The notes beneath the pieces were generated by a model, which saw only the letters and a program-made list of their open reading frames with translations, did not search any database and was not told where the DNA came from. A program made the translations under genes and the position numbers. DNA of 64,000 nt. Origin: Minisyncoccota bacterium. Its GTDB lineage: Bacteria; Patescibacteriota; Minisyncoccia; UBA6257; GWB1-50-10. Shown in pieces: positions 8,163 to 19,400 of this stretch; position 1 is the first letter of the stretch, and each line of letters opens with the position of its first letter. The stretch spans positions 160,610 to 224,609 of the forward strand of contig JAGVBB010000003.1 of NCBI GenBank assembly GCA_020059915.1, in the 5' to 3' direction.

Positions 8163-8413
8163 CGCAGGGGAGGATTCTCCTCTCACTCTGCTGAGTTCGA
8201 GACCTACGGCTTCAAAATCAAAGGATGCGGGTCGCGATGTTTTTTGGGGAGGATTTTCCTCACCCGTCACTTTCGCTCCTCCTTCGGAATCCAGGGTTCC
8301 TCGCTTTCGTTCGTTTCACTCACTCTTCGCATTCGCGCGCTCGGATACCCTTCGAATCCTCCTAGACATGAAACTAAAAAAGAAAGGACAAGTCCTTTCT
8401 TTTTTAGTTTGTG
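8163..8413 (-). mobile_element. Gene-3'-end cassette B, downstream of tRNA-Tyr
   Basis: Direct copy 8163-8177 = 8416-8430; core 8179-8213; inverted T-arm copy 8351-8362; 19-bp perfect hairpin 8371-8410. Confidence 0.7.
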
Positions 8414-8496
8414 TGCGCAGGGGAGGATTCGAACCTCCGTAGCCGATAGGCGTCAGATTTACAGTCTGATACAATTGACCGCTCTGTCACCTGCGC
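8414..8496 (-). tRNA. tRNA-Tyr(GTA)
   Basis: GCGCAGGTGACAGAGCGGTCAATTGTATCAGACTGTAAATCTGA, long variable arm, GGAGGTTCGAATCCTCCCCTGCGCA. Confidence 0.95.
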
Positions 8497-8537
8497 ATCT
8501 TGTCTGATTATATTAATTAAACTTCCCTATCGCAATA

Positions 8538-8852
8538 TTACTTTTCCTCCTCTTTTTTCTCCATGGGAAATGCTATCTCACGTTCCTGTTCTTTCTTGAA
8601 TCTTGCAAGTCGCTTTGAGATAGTGTTATCAAGCTTCATAATATTTACTTTTAATTTGCGGAGAAACTTTTCAAATAACCATAACAACCAGTCATCAACC
8701 CGTTCAAGATATCCAACAAGCCAGTGAAATAACGATGTTTCTTTTGCTTTTTCAATATCAGTTTCATGCACACGAGGAACAACACGTCCCAACATATACA
8801 CAATGAAACCGAGGGCAATAATGGCTATAATTTGCAAAATAAAAGTTATCAT
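8538..8852 (-). CDS. Hypothetical membrane-anchored protein
   Basis: N-terminal TM helix; compact ORF in the same direction as its neighbours. Confidence 0.7.
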   Translation of the reverse strand: MITFILQIIAIIALGFIVYMLGRVVPRVHETDIEKAKETSLFHWLVGYLERVDDWLLWLFEKFLRKLKVNIMKLDNTISKRLARFKKEQEREIAFPMEKKEEEK

Positions 8853-8909
8853 AAAAAAGTTTTATCTATGCAACGGACAGTATCCGTTGCATAGACCCTT
8901 ATAGAGTAA

Positions 8910-9350
8910 TTATATCGAATAACGAATAAATCGCTCTACTTTTATATTTTCTCCTACTATTCCAGTGACACTCTTGATAAGATTTTCAATAGTTGTTGAT
9001 TCATCTTTTACAAAAGGTTGTGCAAGTAGCTCTTCCACTGTCTCAGGACCCATTGCAGCAATATGCATTGCAATATCACGCGCAAGATTTCTGAATAAAT
9101 CACCACGGACTACGAAATCAGTTTCTGCATGAATTTGGAGCATTACTCCAACACGCTCGTTGTGAATATAGGAAATCAACATTCCCGCTCCCGCAACGCG
9201 GTCTTTCTTTGATTCTGCTTTAACCAATCCTCGCTCGTGAATAATTACTTTTGCTTTTTCAAAATCCCCCTTTGCCTCATCGAGTGCGCGTTTGCACTCC
9301 ATAACGCCTGCGCCAGTCATCTCGCGCAATTTTTTTATGTCGTCGCTCAT
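8910..9350 (-). CDS. tsf: Elongation factor Ts (short form)
   Basis: DIKKLREMTGAGVMECKRAL, AETDFV, IAMHIAAM, GENIKVERF; downstream of rpsB. Confidence 0.95.
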   Translation of the reverse strand: MSDDIKKLREMTGAGVMECKRALDEAKGDFEKAKVIIHERGLVKAESKKDRVAGAGMLISYIHNERVGVMLQIHAETDFVVRGDLFRNLARDIAMHIAAMGPETVEELLAQPFVKDESTTIENLIKSVTGIVGENIKVERFIRYSI

Positions 9351-9382
9351 GATACGATGTAATTTTTTAATTTCGACTAAAC

Positions 9383-10078
9383 TTATTTTTTCTTTCCCAA
9401 ACCTTCCTGAATTTTTGCGATAACCCACGAAATGCTGTCTCGTGCATGATCATTTGCAAAAATTGGTTTTGTTACTAATTTTGGATCATCATTGGTATCC
9501 ATAATAGCAACTACTGGAATGTTCAAACGAACTGCTTCTTTAATTGCCGTCATGTGTTCCTTGGGATCAATCACTAAAAGAACATTTGGTGTTCGTGTTA
9601 GTTTTAACAATCCATCAAAGGTAACTGACATTTTTCCAATTTCTTCAGAAAACTTTAACTGTTCTTTCTTTGTATATTTACTCAATTCTCCCTTCTCTTT
9701 CTTATCTCTCAAATCCACATAATAGCGGATTCTTTCTGATATCACTTTAAAATTGGTAAGTGTACCACCAAGCCACCGTGTTACGACATACGGATACTTT
9801 AAATCGCGCGCAAATGCTTTTACTGCTTCGCGTGCAGGGGCCGTCGTTCCCACTACCATAAGGAGTCCATCCGTACCAAGCTTTTCGGCGATAAACTTTA
9901 CCGCTGCATCCAGAGACGTAATTGTTGACTCAGGATCTAAAAGCTCGATTTCATTGCGATTGAGCGCAATGTGTTGTCTCATACGAGGATGCGTTTTTGA
10001 ACGCTTATGCCCCGTGAGGACACCCGCGGTAACGAGTTCCGCGACCAACTCACTGGTTATTTCTCTTTCTTTACTCAT
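9383..10078 (-). CDS. rpsB: 30S ribosomal protein S2
   Basis: RWLGGTLTNF, AIKEAVRLNIPVVAIMDTNDDP, ANDH. Confidence 0.97.
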   Translation of the reverse strand: MSKEREITSELVAELVTAGVLTGHKRSKTHPRMRQHIALNRNEIELLDPESTITSLDAAVKFIAEKLGTDGLLMVVGTTAPAREAVKAFARDLKYPYVVTRWLGGTLTNFKVISERIRYYVDLRDKKEKGELSKYTKKEQLKFSEEIGKMSVTFDGLLKLTRTPNVLLVIDPKEHMTAIKEAVRLNIPVVAIMDTNDDPKLVTKPIFANDHARDSISWVIAKIQEGLGKKK

Positions 10079-10184
10079 AAAAATTCGCCCTTTTTAGGCC
10101 TCACTACTATATATGAAATATATTCACTTGTAAATTCCGACCATTGGGATATAGTGCACATAGAATATTAATAAGGAGGCACAC

Positions 10185-10622
10185 GTGAAACACCCACAAA
10201 AATCTATTACAGTAGAAGAAAAAAAGCGACATCTTTTGGAAAAGAAAGCTGGATATATGGGAGCATTCTCGCGTATATTCAGAGTATTCCTTAAAGAGGG
10301 AAAGCCCAACACAAAACATATCCTTCCTATCTTCCGAAAGCTTGCCAAATACTGTACAGGCGCATACGACGACCCACGCCGTATGTTTTTAGGGATTTTG
10401 AAAAATGAAGATTCTGCATGGGAAACATTTTTCCGTTTTGCAGACGAATTACGTCCTGGATTTCTATTTGATACTAGAAACGGGAACATATTAAAACGGA
10501 TACCATTTGAAATTGTTCTCAAAAAAAGAGGACAACAAATACAAGTTTCTATTGCATCATCAAAGTTTCAAACAATGGATGTCACTTCGTTTAAAAGATA
10601 TCTAAGAAATCTAAAAAAATAA
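10185..10622 (+). CDS. Hypothetical basic protein
   Basis: AAGGAGG SD before GTG; fills the gap between rpsB and trmD. Confidence 0.6.
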   Translation: MKHPQKSITVEEKKRHLLEKKAGYMGAFSRIFRVFLKEGKPNTKHILPIFRKLAKYCTGAYDDPRRMFLGILKNEDSAWETFFRFADELRPGFLFDTRNGNILKRIPFEIVLKKRGQQIQVSIASSKFQTMDVTSFKRYLRNLKK

Positions 10623-10629
10623 CAGCAGT

Positions 10630-11316
10630 CTATGACTGCTGTTTATTTTTTCTCCACTCTTCTATTAGCTTATGATTTCCAGATTGAAGCACCTCAGGTA
10701 CTTTCCAAATTTTTTTTCGTTTTCCTTTTTCTTGAATCACTACTTCCGCAGGTTTTGTATATACCGGATACGAACCCTTTATTTCTTCTAACGATTCCGT
10801 TTTTCCTAACACTCCAGGAATCTGACGCGATACTGCATCCATCACCACAAGTGCAGGTAATTCACCACCAGAAAGCACAAAATCTCCTATTGAGACCTCC
10901 TCATCTGCAATATATTCCGCAACACGTTCGTCTACTCCTTCATAGCGACCACAAATAAAAATGAGATGATTATATTTTGAAAGTCGCTTTGCATCCTCAT
11001 TGGTAAACACTTTTCCTCGTGTTGAAAACAAAATGGTTCGGCTCTGCTCACCACGGGCTGTTCGTGTTTTTCCCTTTTTTATTTTTGATAATACTTTTTC
11101 TACCGCTTTATAAATCGGTTCAACCTTGAGCACCATCCCCGGTCCTCCCCCGTATGGTGATTCATCAGTTATTTTATGTTTTCCCAATCCAAACTGGCGA
11201 AGTGCTACTGGATTTATTTTTATTAATTTCTTTTCTTGTGCGCGTCCAATAATTGAAGCATTACAGTATGACTCCAAAGATTCTGGAAATAACGAGATAA
11301 TGTGAAATGTTTTCAT
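10630..11316 (-). CDS. trmD: tRNA (guanine-N1)-methyltransferase
   Basis: PYGGGPGMVLK, CGRYEGVDERV, SIGDFVLSGGELPA. Confidence 0.97.
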   Translation of the reverse strand: MKTFHIISLFPESLESYCNASIIGRAQEKKLIKINPVALRQFGLGKHKITDESPYGGGPGMVLKVEPIYKAVEKVLSKIKKGKTRTARGEQSRTILFSTRGKVFTNEDAKRLSKYNHLIFICGRYEGVDERVAEYIADEEVSIGDFVLSGGELPALVVMDAVSRQIPGVLGKTESLEEIKGSYPVYTKPAEVVIQEKGKRKKIWKVPEVLQSGNHKLIEEWRKNKQQS

Positions 11317-11350
11317 TGTCTTGCTTATTGAAACTATACCAAACAAAAAC

Positions 11351-11374
11351 CCCGCCAGTCCATGGACCGGCGGG
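11351..11374. repeat. CCCGC-CATG-GCGGG 24-bp hairpin family member
   Basis: CCCGCCAGTCCATGGACCGGCGGG; relatives at 26924 and 39348. Confidence 0.7.
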
Positions 11375-11382
11375 ATTCTTTT

Positions 11383-11667
11383 TTATTCTGTTTCTGCGTG
11401 TTGCTGTTGTCCGCGAGTGGAACCTTCTGGTTCATCAATCTTTAGATTAACGCGTGCGTTGTTTTTTACTCCAACGATACGGAGAAGGGTTCGGATTGCC
11501 TTGGCGGTTGAGCCTTGTCGTCCAACAATCTGTCCCATATCTTGTGCATTAACCTTGAGGGTTAAAAGAACACCCATTTCATCAACCTTGCGGTCAATAA
11601 CCACCTCATCTGGATGATCAACAACAGACTTTACCACGTACTCCAAAAAATCCTTATCTGACATCAT
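11383..11667 (-). CDS. khpA: KH-domain RNA-binding protein KhpA
   Basis: DMGQIVGRQGSTAKAIRTLL; lies between rpsP and trmD. Confidence 0.92.
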   Translation of the reverse strand: MMSDKDFLEYVVKSVVDHPDEVVIDRKVDEMGVLLTLKVNAQDMGQIVGRQGSTAKAIRTLLRIVGVKNNARVNLKIDEPEGSTRGQQQHAETE

Positions 11668-11725
11668 AAAACGAATAGAATACTGATTATCTTATCATTC
11701 GACCTTTCGTTACTTGATTACGTTA

Positions 11726-12010
11726 TTATTTTTTTTCTGCTTTTACTGGCTTCTTATGAAGTACTATCTTTTCGGTTTTGATAATTCCCTTTTTAACAAG
11801 GATATTGTGAACAGTTGCAGTTGGTTGTGCTCCCTTCTTCATCCAATCAAGTGCTTTTTCAGAAGCAATAACACTCTTATTTTGGTGTGGATTCCACCAT
11901 CCCAAATCATCGGTAAATTTACCGGTCATTTTTGATCGTTTCTCTGCAACCACAATGCGATAGGTTGCCTGTCCTTTCTTTCCTATTCTTTTTAGCTTTA
12001 TTGCCAACAT
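11726..12010 (-). CDS. rpsP: 30S ribosomal protein S16
   Basis: MLAIKLKRIGKK..YRIVVAE..GAQPTATV. Confidence 0.97.
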   Translation of the reverse strand: MLAIKLKRIGKKGQATYRIVVAEKRSKMTGKFTDDLGWWNPHQNKSVIASEKALDWMKKGAQPTATVHNILVKKGIIKTEKIVLHKKPVKAEKK

Positions 12011-12053
12011 AATTTCGAAATTAGTGTATCGTATTTATTGTGATGTGTCAAAA

Positions 12054-14222
12054 TTACTTCATCCCCTCAAGCTTAAGTGAAAGTATAGTTGAAACACCAT
12101 CATCGCCCATAGTTACCCCATAGAGTACATCCGCTGCCTCCATAGTCGCCCGATTGTGGGTGACAATCACAAACTGGCTACTCTTTGAAAAATCTTTAAC
12201 GAGATCAGAAAATCTGCGTGCATTATCTTCATCAAGTGGTGCATCAATCTCATCAAGAACTAAAAATGGCGGTGGACTCACAGAAATTAACGCAAATAGT
12301 GCGGCAAGTGATACCAAACTTTTTTCTCCACCAGAAAGCATCTCCAAACTGGTAATTTTTTTTCTCGGAATAGAAATTTCAATCTCAACTCCTGCTTGAA
12401 GCTCGGAACCCTTTTCTTTCTTTTCTTCAATCACTTCTTCTCCGCTTTCCTGAACAACAATATCTTGAACCTTAATTTCAGGGATCTTTAATTTCATCTT
12501 TGCTTTTCCGCCACCAAACATCAATTTAAAATAATGATCGAATGCATCATTAATGGATGAAAATGCATTTTTAAAATCTGCATGAATCTTGTGTTCAAGT
12601 TCTTTGATAAGGGATCTCAAATCAGCAACTGCATTGGTAAGATCTTCAAGTTCTTTACTGAGAAACATATATCGTGCCTCAGTATCCTCTGCCTCCTTCA
12701 TAAGATTTGGATCAATCTCTCCTATCGCAGCAAGCTCTCCGCGCAAACGGATCATCTTTCTTTCAATATCACTTGATACAACCACATCTTTTATTTCTGG
12801 AAGTTTTTCCAAATCTTCTTTTTTGTTTCCTAATGTTGCCCATTCTCGTTCAAGTTCTTCTCTTCTCATTACCACGCGTTCATAATCAAACCGGAGATTT
12901 ACGAGTTCTTGATCAAGTTTTCTTAACTCATTCTTTTTGTTTTCCAAAACCTCAACCTTAGAACGGAATTCTTGATTCGCTCGTTGCCCCGATTCAGCAA
13001 GTTCCTCTTCTGCAACACGCAATGTATCTATTTCCTTTCCAACAACTTCCAACTCTTCACGAATACGTTCAAGTTCCTTTTTCAGATCTGATGTATCACG
13101 ATGCGTGACATCCCTATCAAAAAATCTGGTAATTCTTTCGGTAATGGATTGTAACGAAATTTTTATTTTTTCTATCTCATGCCAATCTACTATAATCGCG
13201 ATTTCTTCTTTTATAGTTCCCAAAAATGTATGCATATCTGCAGCACTTTTTTCTGCCTGTGTAATGGGAACCGACTCAATTTCAATGCGTGCTTCCGCCT
13301 TTGCAAATGCCCGTTCAAGTTCTGCACGTTTTTTAAATAATTCATTCAATGACTCACGAAGCATTTTCCCCCGCTCCACTCCTCCATGTTCTTGATCAAC
13401 CGCCTTCACTTCCTGTTCTGCTAAAAATACCTCCTTTTCCTTTTTATTTTTTTCTTCCTCAAGACGTGCAACAGGAACACTTGTCTTCTTTAGATCATGG
13501 GCTATTGCATAATAACGATGGGAAAAATAGGCAGTCTCAAATGTCTGTAATTCACTTTCAATCTCTGTTCTTCGTTCAAATCGAGATTTTTGTCTGCGCA
13601 ACAATTTTAAGTGTGGGGTTATTTCGTCTAACATCGCGCGAACCTTCTCCATATTAATCTCACTTGTTGAAAGTTGGCGTTCTGCCTGGTTCTTTTTTAA
13701 ACGAAATTCACGGAGACCAAGTATTTCTTCAATCATCCCCCTGCGATCTTCGGGAGTTGATCGAACAAACAAATCACTTTGTCCTTGCCCTATCATGGTA
13801 AGTCCGCGAGCACCAAGTTTTGCTCGTGCAAGAATTGGTTGGAGATCCTTCAATCTCATCTCTGAGTCATTCAAAAAAAATTCAGAAGCACCAGAACGAT
13901 CTATTTTTCTCGTCACGGTAACTTCTGGTGCGTCTATCGGAAATAATTTTTTACTATTATCAAATACAAGAGAAACTTTTGCAAAACCAACCGCAGGACG
14001 TTTTGGTGTCCCAGCAAAAATAAGATTCGCAAGTGAATCACCTCGAAGCTGTTTTGCTTCGCGTTCTCCCAATACCCAACGTAATGCATCAATAACATTT
14101 GATTTTCCTGAACCATTTGGACCGACAACTGCGGTTACTCTATCGGGAAACTCAAATACTGTTTTCTGTGCGAATGATTTAAATCCCTGGAGTTCTAATC
14201 TGCGTAAAAATGTATGATGCAT
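12054..14222 (-). CDS. smc: SMC-family ATPase, shortened (722 aa)
   Basis: GFKSFA, Walker A GPNGSGKSN, signature LSGGEKS, Walker B LVLDEIDAPLD, VTHN; coiled coils; adjacent to rnc. Confidence 0.9.
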   Translation of the reverse strand: MHHTFLRRLELQGFKSFAQKTVFEFPDRVTAVVGPNGSGKSNVIDALRWVLGEREAKQLRGDSLANLIFAGTPKRPAVGFAKVSLVFDNSKKLFPIDAPEVTVTRKIDRSGASEFFLNDSEMRLKDLQPILARAKLGARGLTMIGQGQSDLFVRSTPEDRRGMIEEILGLREFRLKKNQAERQLSTSEINMEKVRAMLDEITPHLKLLRRQKSRFERRTEIESELQTFETAYFSHRYYAIAHDLKKTSVPVARLEEEKNKKEKEVFLAEQEVKAVDQEHGGVERGKMLRESLNELFKKRAELERAFAKAEARIEIESVPITQAEKSAADMHTFLGTIKEEIAIIVDWHEIEKIKISLQSITERITRFFDRDVTHRDTSDLKKELERIREELEVVGKEIDTLRVAEEELAESGQRANQEFRSKVEVLENKKNELRKLDQELVNLRFDYERVVMRREELEREWATLGNKKEDLEKLPEIKDVVVSSDIERKMIRLRGELAAIGEIDPNLMKEAEDTEARYMFLSKELEDLTNAVADLRSLIKELEHKIHADFKNAFSSINDAFDHYFKLMFGGGKAKMKLKIPEIKVQDIVVQESGEEVIEEKKEKGSELQAGVEIEISIPRKKITSLEMLSGGEKSLVSLAALFALISVSPPPFLVLDEIDAPLDEDNARRFSDLVKDFSKSSQFVIVTHNRATMEAADVLYGVTMGDDGVSTILSLKLEGMK

Positions 14223-14228
14223 ATCGTA

Positions 14229-14921
14229 TTATTTTTGTTCAATCGTTTCTAGCGCTTTGAGTGCCGCATTTACTTCCGCTTCTTGTTTTGATGTTCCTTC
14301 CGCTTCCGCTTCCATCCTGTGCCCAATAAAAACCCCAACCCGAAATACCTTTGCATGATCTGGTCCTTCCTCACTCAAAACCTTGTATACAGGAGTGATC
14401 CGCTCTCGTTCTTGTACCAATTCTTGTAACTCACTTTTTGGATCACGATATAATTTCTTTTCAATAATTTCATCAAGATGAGGAAGCACCCACTGTTCAA
14501 CCACCTGCTTTGTTGCATCATATCCACGATCAAGATAAATTGCCCCCAACAATGCCTCCATTGCATTTGCAAGAATTACCTCTCGTGCTTTTCCAAAATC
14601 ACGAGCCTCCCCACGTGACAAAAAGAGAAATTTATCAAGCGTTAATTCCTTTGCAACCCTTCCAAGCATTTGATAGTTAACCAATGACGCACGCAAACTG
14701 GTTAAATGTCCTTCTTGGAAATCAGGAAACTTTTCGTATAAAAATTTCGTCACTATTAATTCAAGTACCGCATCACCCAAAAATTCTAACCGTTCATTGT
14801 GTGGTAGTGCCCACTCAGGATTCTCATTCAAATATGAACGATGTGTTAACGCTTCTTTAAGCGTATCAATATTAAGAAACTGAATTCCTATTTTTTCTTC
14901 AAATTGCCTCGGATCTTTCAT
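14229..14921 (-). CDS. rnc: Ribonuclease III
   Basis: HNERLEFLGDAVL signature plus dsRBD. Confidence 0.97.
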   Translation of the reverse strand: MKDPRQFEEKIGIQFLNIDTLKEALTHRSYLNENPEWALPHNERLEFLGDAVLELIVTKFLYEKFPDFQEGHLTSLRASLVNYQMLGRVAKELTLDKFLFLSRGEARDFGKAREVILANAMEALLGAIYLDRGYDATKQVVEQWVLPHLDEIIEKKLYRDPKSELQELVQERERITPVYKVLSEEGPDHAKVFRVGVFIGHRMEAEAEGTSKQEAEVNAALKALETIEQK

Positions 14922-14923
14922 GT

Positions 14924-15391
14924 TTATTCCTCATCTTTTTTTTCTGGCTTTGGTACGTCCACCAATTTTCCCGACTCAATAAGCTCCTTGTAGACCGTCC
15001 CCAAAACACCATTGATAAATTTTGGCGAACTCACTCCACCATATGCTTTTGCCACCTCAATTGCCTCGTTGATTGCAACGCGAGGGGGTACCTCTTCATG
15101 GTCTGCAAACATCAATTCGTATAGCCCAATACGCAAAACATTTCTATCAATGATTGCAATCTGGTCCACGGGCCATTCGGGAGCAACACGGGTAATGGTC
15201 GTATCAAGTTCAGCAAGATTAGCAACAATTCCTGTTACCATAGTCACCACAAATTGTGGTTCATCAATTCCTGGACCAAATTCTTCAATATTGCGTGTTA
15301 TCACCTGGGGTAAATCTACGTTTTTTTTATAAAAATCCCACTCGTAGAGCGACTGCAATACAATGGTTCGGATTAAATGTCTTGTTGCCAT
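14924..15391 (-). CDS. nusB: Transcription antitermination factor NusB
   Basis: [30 protein letters not shown]. Confidence 0.96.
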   Translation of the reverse strand: MATRHLIRTIVLQSLYEWDFYKKNVDLPQVITRNIEEFGPGIDEPQFVVTMVTGIVANLAELDTTITRVAPEWPVDQIAIIDRNVLRIGLYELMFADHEEVPPRVAINEAIEVAKAYGGVSSPKFINGVLGTVYKELIESGKLVDVPKPEKKDEE

Positions 15392-15456
15392 AAATGTACG
15401 AGAAAGAACAAAAAAGTTTTAAAAATTATTCGGCTATAAAAATAAAAGAAGTGGCA

Positions 15457-15633
15457 TTATTTTGCCGACTTCTTTTTTGGCTGTTTTGCATATGAACCAC
15501 ATTGTGGACAGCTCTTGTGTGCAAACGATGGACCACCACATTTCTTACATGCAACTACTGGCAACTTCTTGAGTGCCTGCTGTGAACGTCGGCGTCCTAC
15601 TTTTGACGTTGAATGATGACTTAACCGTGACAT
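15457..15633 (-). CDS. rpmF: 50S ribosomal protein L32
   Basis: Hand-translated MSRLSHHSTSKVGRRRSQQAL...CKKCG...HKSCPQCGSY. Confidence 0.9.
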   Translation of the reverse strand: MSRLSHHSTSKVGRRRSQQALKKLPVVACKKCGGPSFAHKSCPQCGSYAKQPKKKSAK

Positions 15634-15673
15634 ATAGGGTTAGTGTACACTAAACAAACTTAAAACGCAAAAA

Positions 15674-16327
15674 TTAAAATACAAAATTGTCTAAAAATGA
15701 GATTCGGTGAAACTTTGAAGGACCGTATTTTTTAAGTGCCTCTATATGTCCCCTTGTCCCATATCCCTTGTGTCTTTTCAACCCATATTGGGGATATTTT
15801 TTGTCTTGTGTGACCATGTATCTATCCCGCATCACTTTTCCATAGATTGATGCAAAACTAATGATCTTCACCGTTTCGTCCCCTTTTATGATTGTCTTCG
15901 TATAAAATACACATTTTGGAAAAAATGCTTCAAGTTTTTCTTTATCTACATACAGATTTCCATCAAGTACAATGCGTATCATTCCAGAAGTAATATGCGC
16001 TTTTTTGAGCACCTTCATTACCGCTTCTGTTGCACCACATCGTGTTGAATACGAAATTCCTTTTGAATCAATGATTTTGGGTGTAATTGCAGAATATTCA
16101 ATAAACAATTCTCCATCTTTTCTTTTTTCATTTAAAATCTTCCACCATTCTTCGCGTTGCTTTTCAGAAAGTTTTTTAGAATCCCGCACGGGACATGTTT
16201 TTGTTGGTTTGGGAAGTTTTTTGAGATCAAATACTCCACACGCACACACATACAGTGGACCCGCAAGTGGTCCGCGCCCCATTTCGTCAACGCCAATGGT
16301 ACATGTTTTTTCTGATCCACCTTTCAT
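15674..16327 (-). CDS. rnhB: Ribonuclease HII
   Basis: GVDEMGRGPLAGP, DSKKLS, HKGYGT. Confidence 0.96.
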   Translation of the reverse strand: MKGGSEKTCTIGVDEMGRGPLAGPLYVCACGVFDLKKLPKPTKTCPVRDSKKLSEKQREEWWKILNEKRKDGELFIEYSAITPKIIDSKGISYSTRCGATEAVMKVLKKAHITSGMIRIVLDGNLYVDKEKLEAFFPKCVFYTKTIIKGDETVKIISFASIYGKVMRDRYMVTQDKKYPQYGLKRHKGYGTRGHIEALKKYGPSKFHRISFLDNFVF

Positions 16328-16450
16328 ATCAAATAATGTCCTAAATATATCACGTATTATACAAAGACCCTACTAGACAACAATACCTTACCAAACTGCA
16401 ACGTTGCATCGTTCTCAAAAAAAATTACAATGAAGGAGATACGTATTCGC

Positions 16451-19400
16451 ATGTCCAAATTTATTCACCTACACGTTCATAGCCATTACTCACTACTTGA
16501 TGGACTTGCTAAAATCGACGACCTTATCAAACGCGCAAAAGAATTGAAGATGGATTCACTTGCACTCACCGATCATGGAAATCTATATGGTGCAATTGAG
16601 TTCTATAAAAAAGCAAAAAAAGCAGGAATAAAACCAATTCTTGGTGTTGAAGCATATGTCGCTCCACACTCTCGATTTGATAAACGCGCAAAAGTTGATG
16701 ATGCACGATATCATCTCATATTGCTCGCAAAAAACGAAACAGGATGGAAAAACATTCTAAAATTAGTAACACTTTCAAATCTTGAGGGTTTTTATTATAA
16801 ACCAAGAATTGATAAAGATATCTTAAAAGAGCACTCTGACGGAATTGTTTGTCTGTCGGGATGTTACAGTGGAGAAATTTCCCATCTTGTTGCTCGAAAA
16901 CAAATTGCAGAAGCACGTGCGGTAGCGTTGTGGTACAAGGAAACATTTGGAGAAAATTTTTATATAGAAATACAAAAACACTCACCCGACCTTCATGCTC
17001 CACTTATCGCTCTTGGAAAAGAGTTGGGAATTGGTGTAGTTGCAACACAAGATGTTCACTATACAAACAAAGACGATCAGATGGCACATGAAATTCTTCT
17101 TGCAGTTCAGACCGCAAGTAGGCTTGATGATGAGGATCGATTATCACTGAAAAATTATGATATTTCACTTTCTTCGGCAGAAGAGATGGAAACTGCCTTT
17201 TCACATATTCCTAAAGCATTGGAAAACTCAGTAAAAATTGCTGAACAGTGCAATGTCACACTTGAACTCGGGAAGGTCCTCCTTCCTAAATATGTTCCCC
17301 CAGATCCAATGATGTCTGCGTTTGATTATCTAAAACAACTAACGTATGAACGCATAAAAAATCGCTATCCAGAGATAACTCCGGAAATTGAAGATCGTCT
17401 CAAATTGGAATTGGATGTCATTGAACGAACAGGGTATGCTGACTACTTTTTGATCGTTCAGGATTATATTAATTGGGCAAAAGACCACGGAATCGTTGTC
17501 GGTCCAGGAAGAGGGTCTGCCGCCGGCTCAATCGTTACCTATATTCTTCGCATCACAAACATAGATCCGTTAAAATATGATCTTCTTTTTGAACGTTTTT
17601 TGAATCCCGATCGCATTCAGATGCCTGATATTGATACCGACTTTACCGACGTTCGTCGCGATGAGGTACTCTCATATGTTCGTGAAAAATATGGAAATGA
17701 TAAGGTTGCGCAAATCATAACATTTGGAAGTATGGCAGCACGTGCCGCAATTCGCGATGTTGGTCGCGCAACAGGCGTTCCTTATGCGGTGTGTGATGAA
17801 CTATCAAAAATGATTCCATTCAATCCAACACAAGGAATGAAGGAGGGTTGGATTGATGAATGTTTGAACGTGGTGCCTGAGTTTAAAGAAAAATATGAAA
17901 AGGATCCACAAGCAAAAAAATTAATTGATTCTGCAAAAAAATTGGAAGGTGTTGCTCGGCACGCATCGGTACACGCATGTGGCGTGGTGATTGCACCAGA
18001 ACCGCTCACCAATTATATGTCGCTACAAAAAGCACCACAGGGAGAAGATGCGATTATTACGCAATTTGAAATGCATGCTGTTGAGGATGTAGGTATTTTA
18101 AAAATGGATTTTTTAGGACTCAAGAACCTCACTATTATTGAATACACACTCCGCTTGATTCGTGAATATCATGGAATTGATTTAGATATTGATACCCTCC
18201 CTCTCGACAGCGACAAGGCATTTGAACTATTCCGCACTGGAGACACCACTGGCGTATTCCAATTTGAATCCTCTGGAATGAAACGATACCTTAAGGAATT
18301 AAAACCAACAGAATTAGAAGATATTATCGCAATGGTTGCGCTGTACCGTCCTGGACCAATGGATCTTATTCCTTCTTATATTTTAAGAAAACATGGGAAA
18401 GAGGAGGTAACCTATCTCCACCCAAAACTTGAACCAATTCTTGGAAAAACATATGGTGTAGGAATTTATCAGGAGCAAATGATGCGTATTGCGCGCGATC
18501 TTGCGGGGTTCACACTTGCAGAAGCAGACACGTTGCGCAAAGCAATTGGAAAAAAGATAAAAGAACTTCTTGCGGAACAACAAGGAAAATTAATTAATGG
18601 GATGATACACAACGGCATAGACAAAGAAACCGCTGAAGCAATTTGGGAGTTGTTTCCCCCGTTTGCACGGTATGGATTCAATCGCAGTCACGCCGCCTGC
18701 TATGCACTTATTGCATATCAAACCGCATATCTTAAGGCGCATTATCCGATTGAGTTTATGACCAGCCTCTTAAATATTTCGGGAACAGACGTTGATCGTA
18801 TTAATTTTCTGGTTGGCGAGGCAAAACATTTAAAAATAAAAGTACTTCCCCCGGATATAAACACAAGCGTAAAGGAATTTGCCGTCGATGGAACAAATAT
18901 TCGCTTTGGGCTCACTGCGATTAAAGGTGTTGGCGTTGGCGTGGTGGATGCGATTATTGAATCAAGAAACCGCATGGGACCATTTCTCAATCTCACCGAC
19001 TTCCTCAATCGTATTCACAATCGCGACTTAAATAAAAAATCAATTGAAGCATTTGCAAAAGCGGGTGCATTTGATTCATTTGAAATCAAACGGGCGGACA
19101 TATTGGAAAATATTGAAGACATACTGGAATTCAATCAAGGAGTCCGAAAAAGCGCATCAGCGAATCAATCATCATTGTTTGGAAAGGACTCACATATACA
19201 TCAATTAAAATTAAAACCTGCCCAACACGACATTCCAAAGGCGGAAATGCTTCGATGGGAAAAAGAGCTCTTGGGTCTCTATATTAGCGATCATCCATTT
19301 ACTCCATATAGAGAAATACTGAAAGAAAAAATTCCAACATTATCGGATGTTTTGAAAATACCAAAAAACGGTGATCGTGGACCACGTATCTGGATTGCGG

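Noticed and set aside
8044-8507. ORFs across the tRNA-Tyr cassette
   Set aside because: Translations of GC-rich repeats and antisense tRNA (e.g. GGFEPP, LPAGR)
8910-9350. tsf as a truncated pseudogene
   Set aside because: N- and C-terminal motifs are both present; short single-core EF-Ts forms are known
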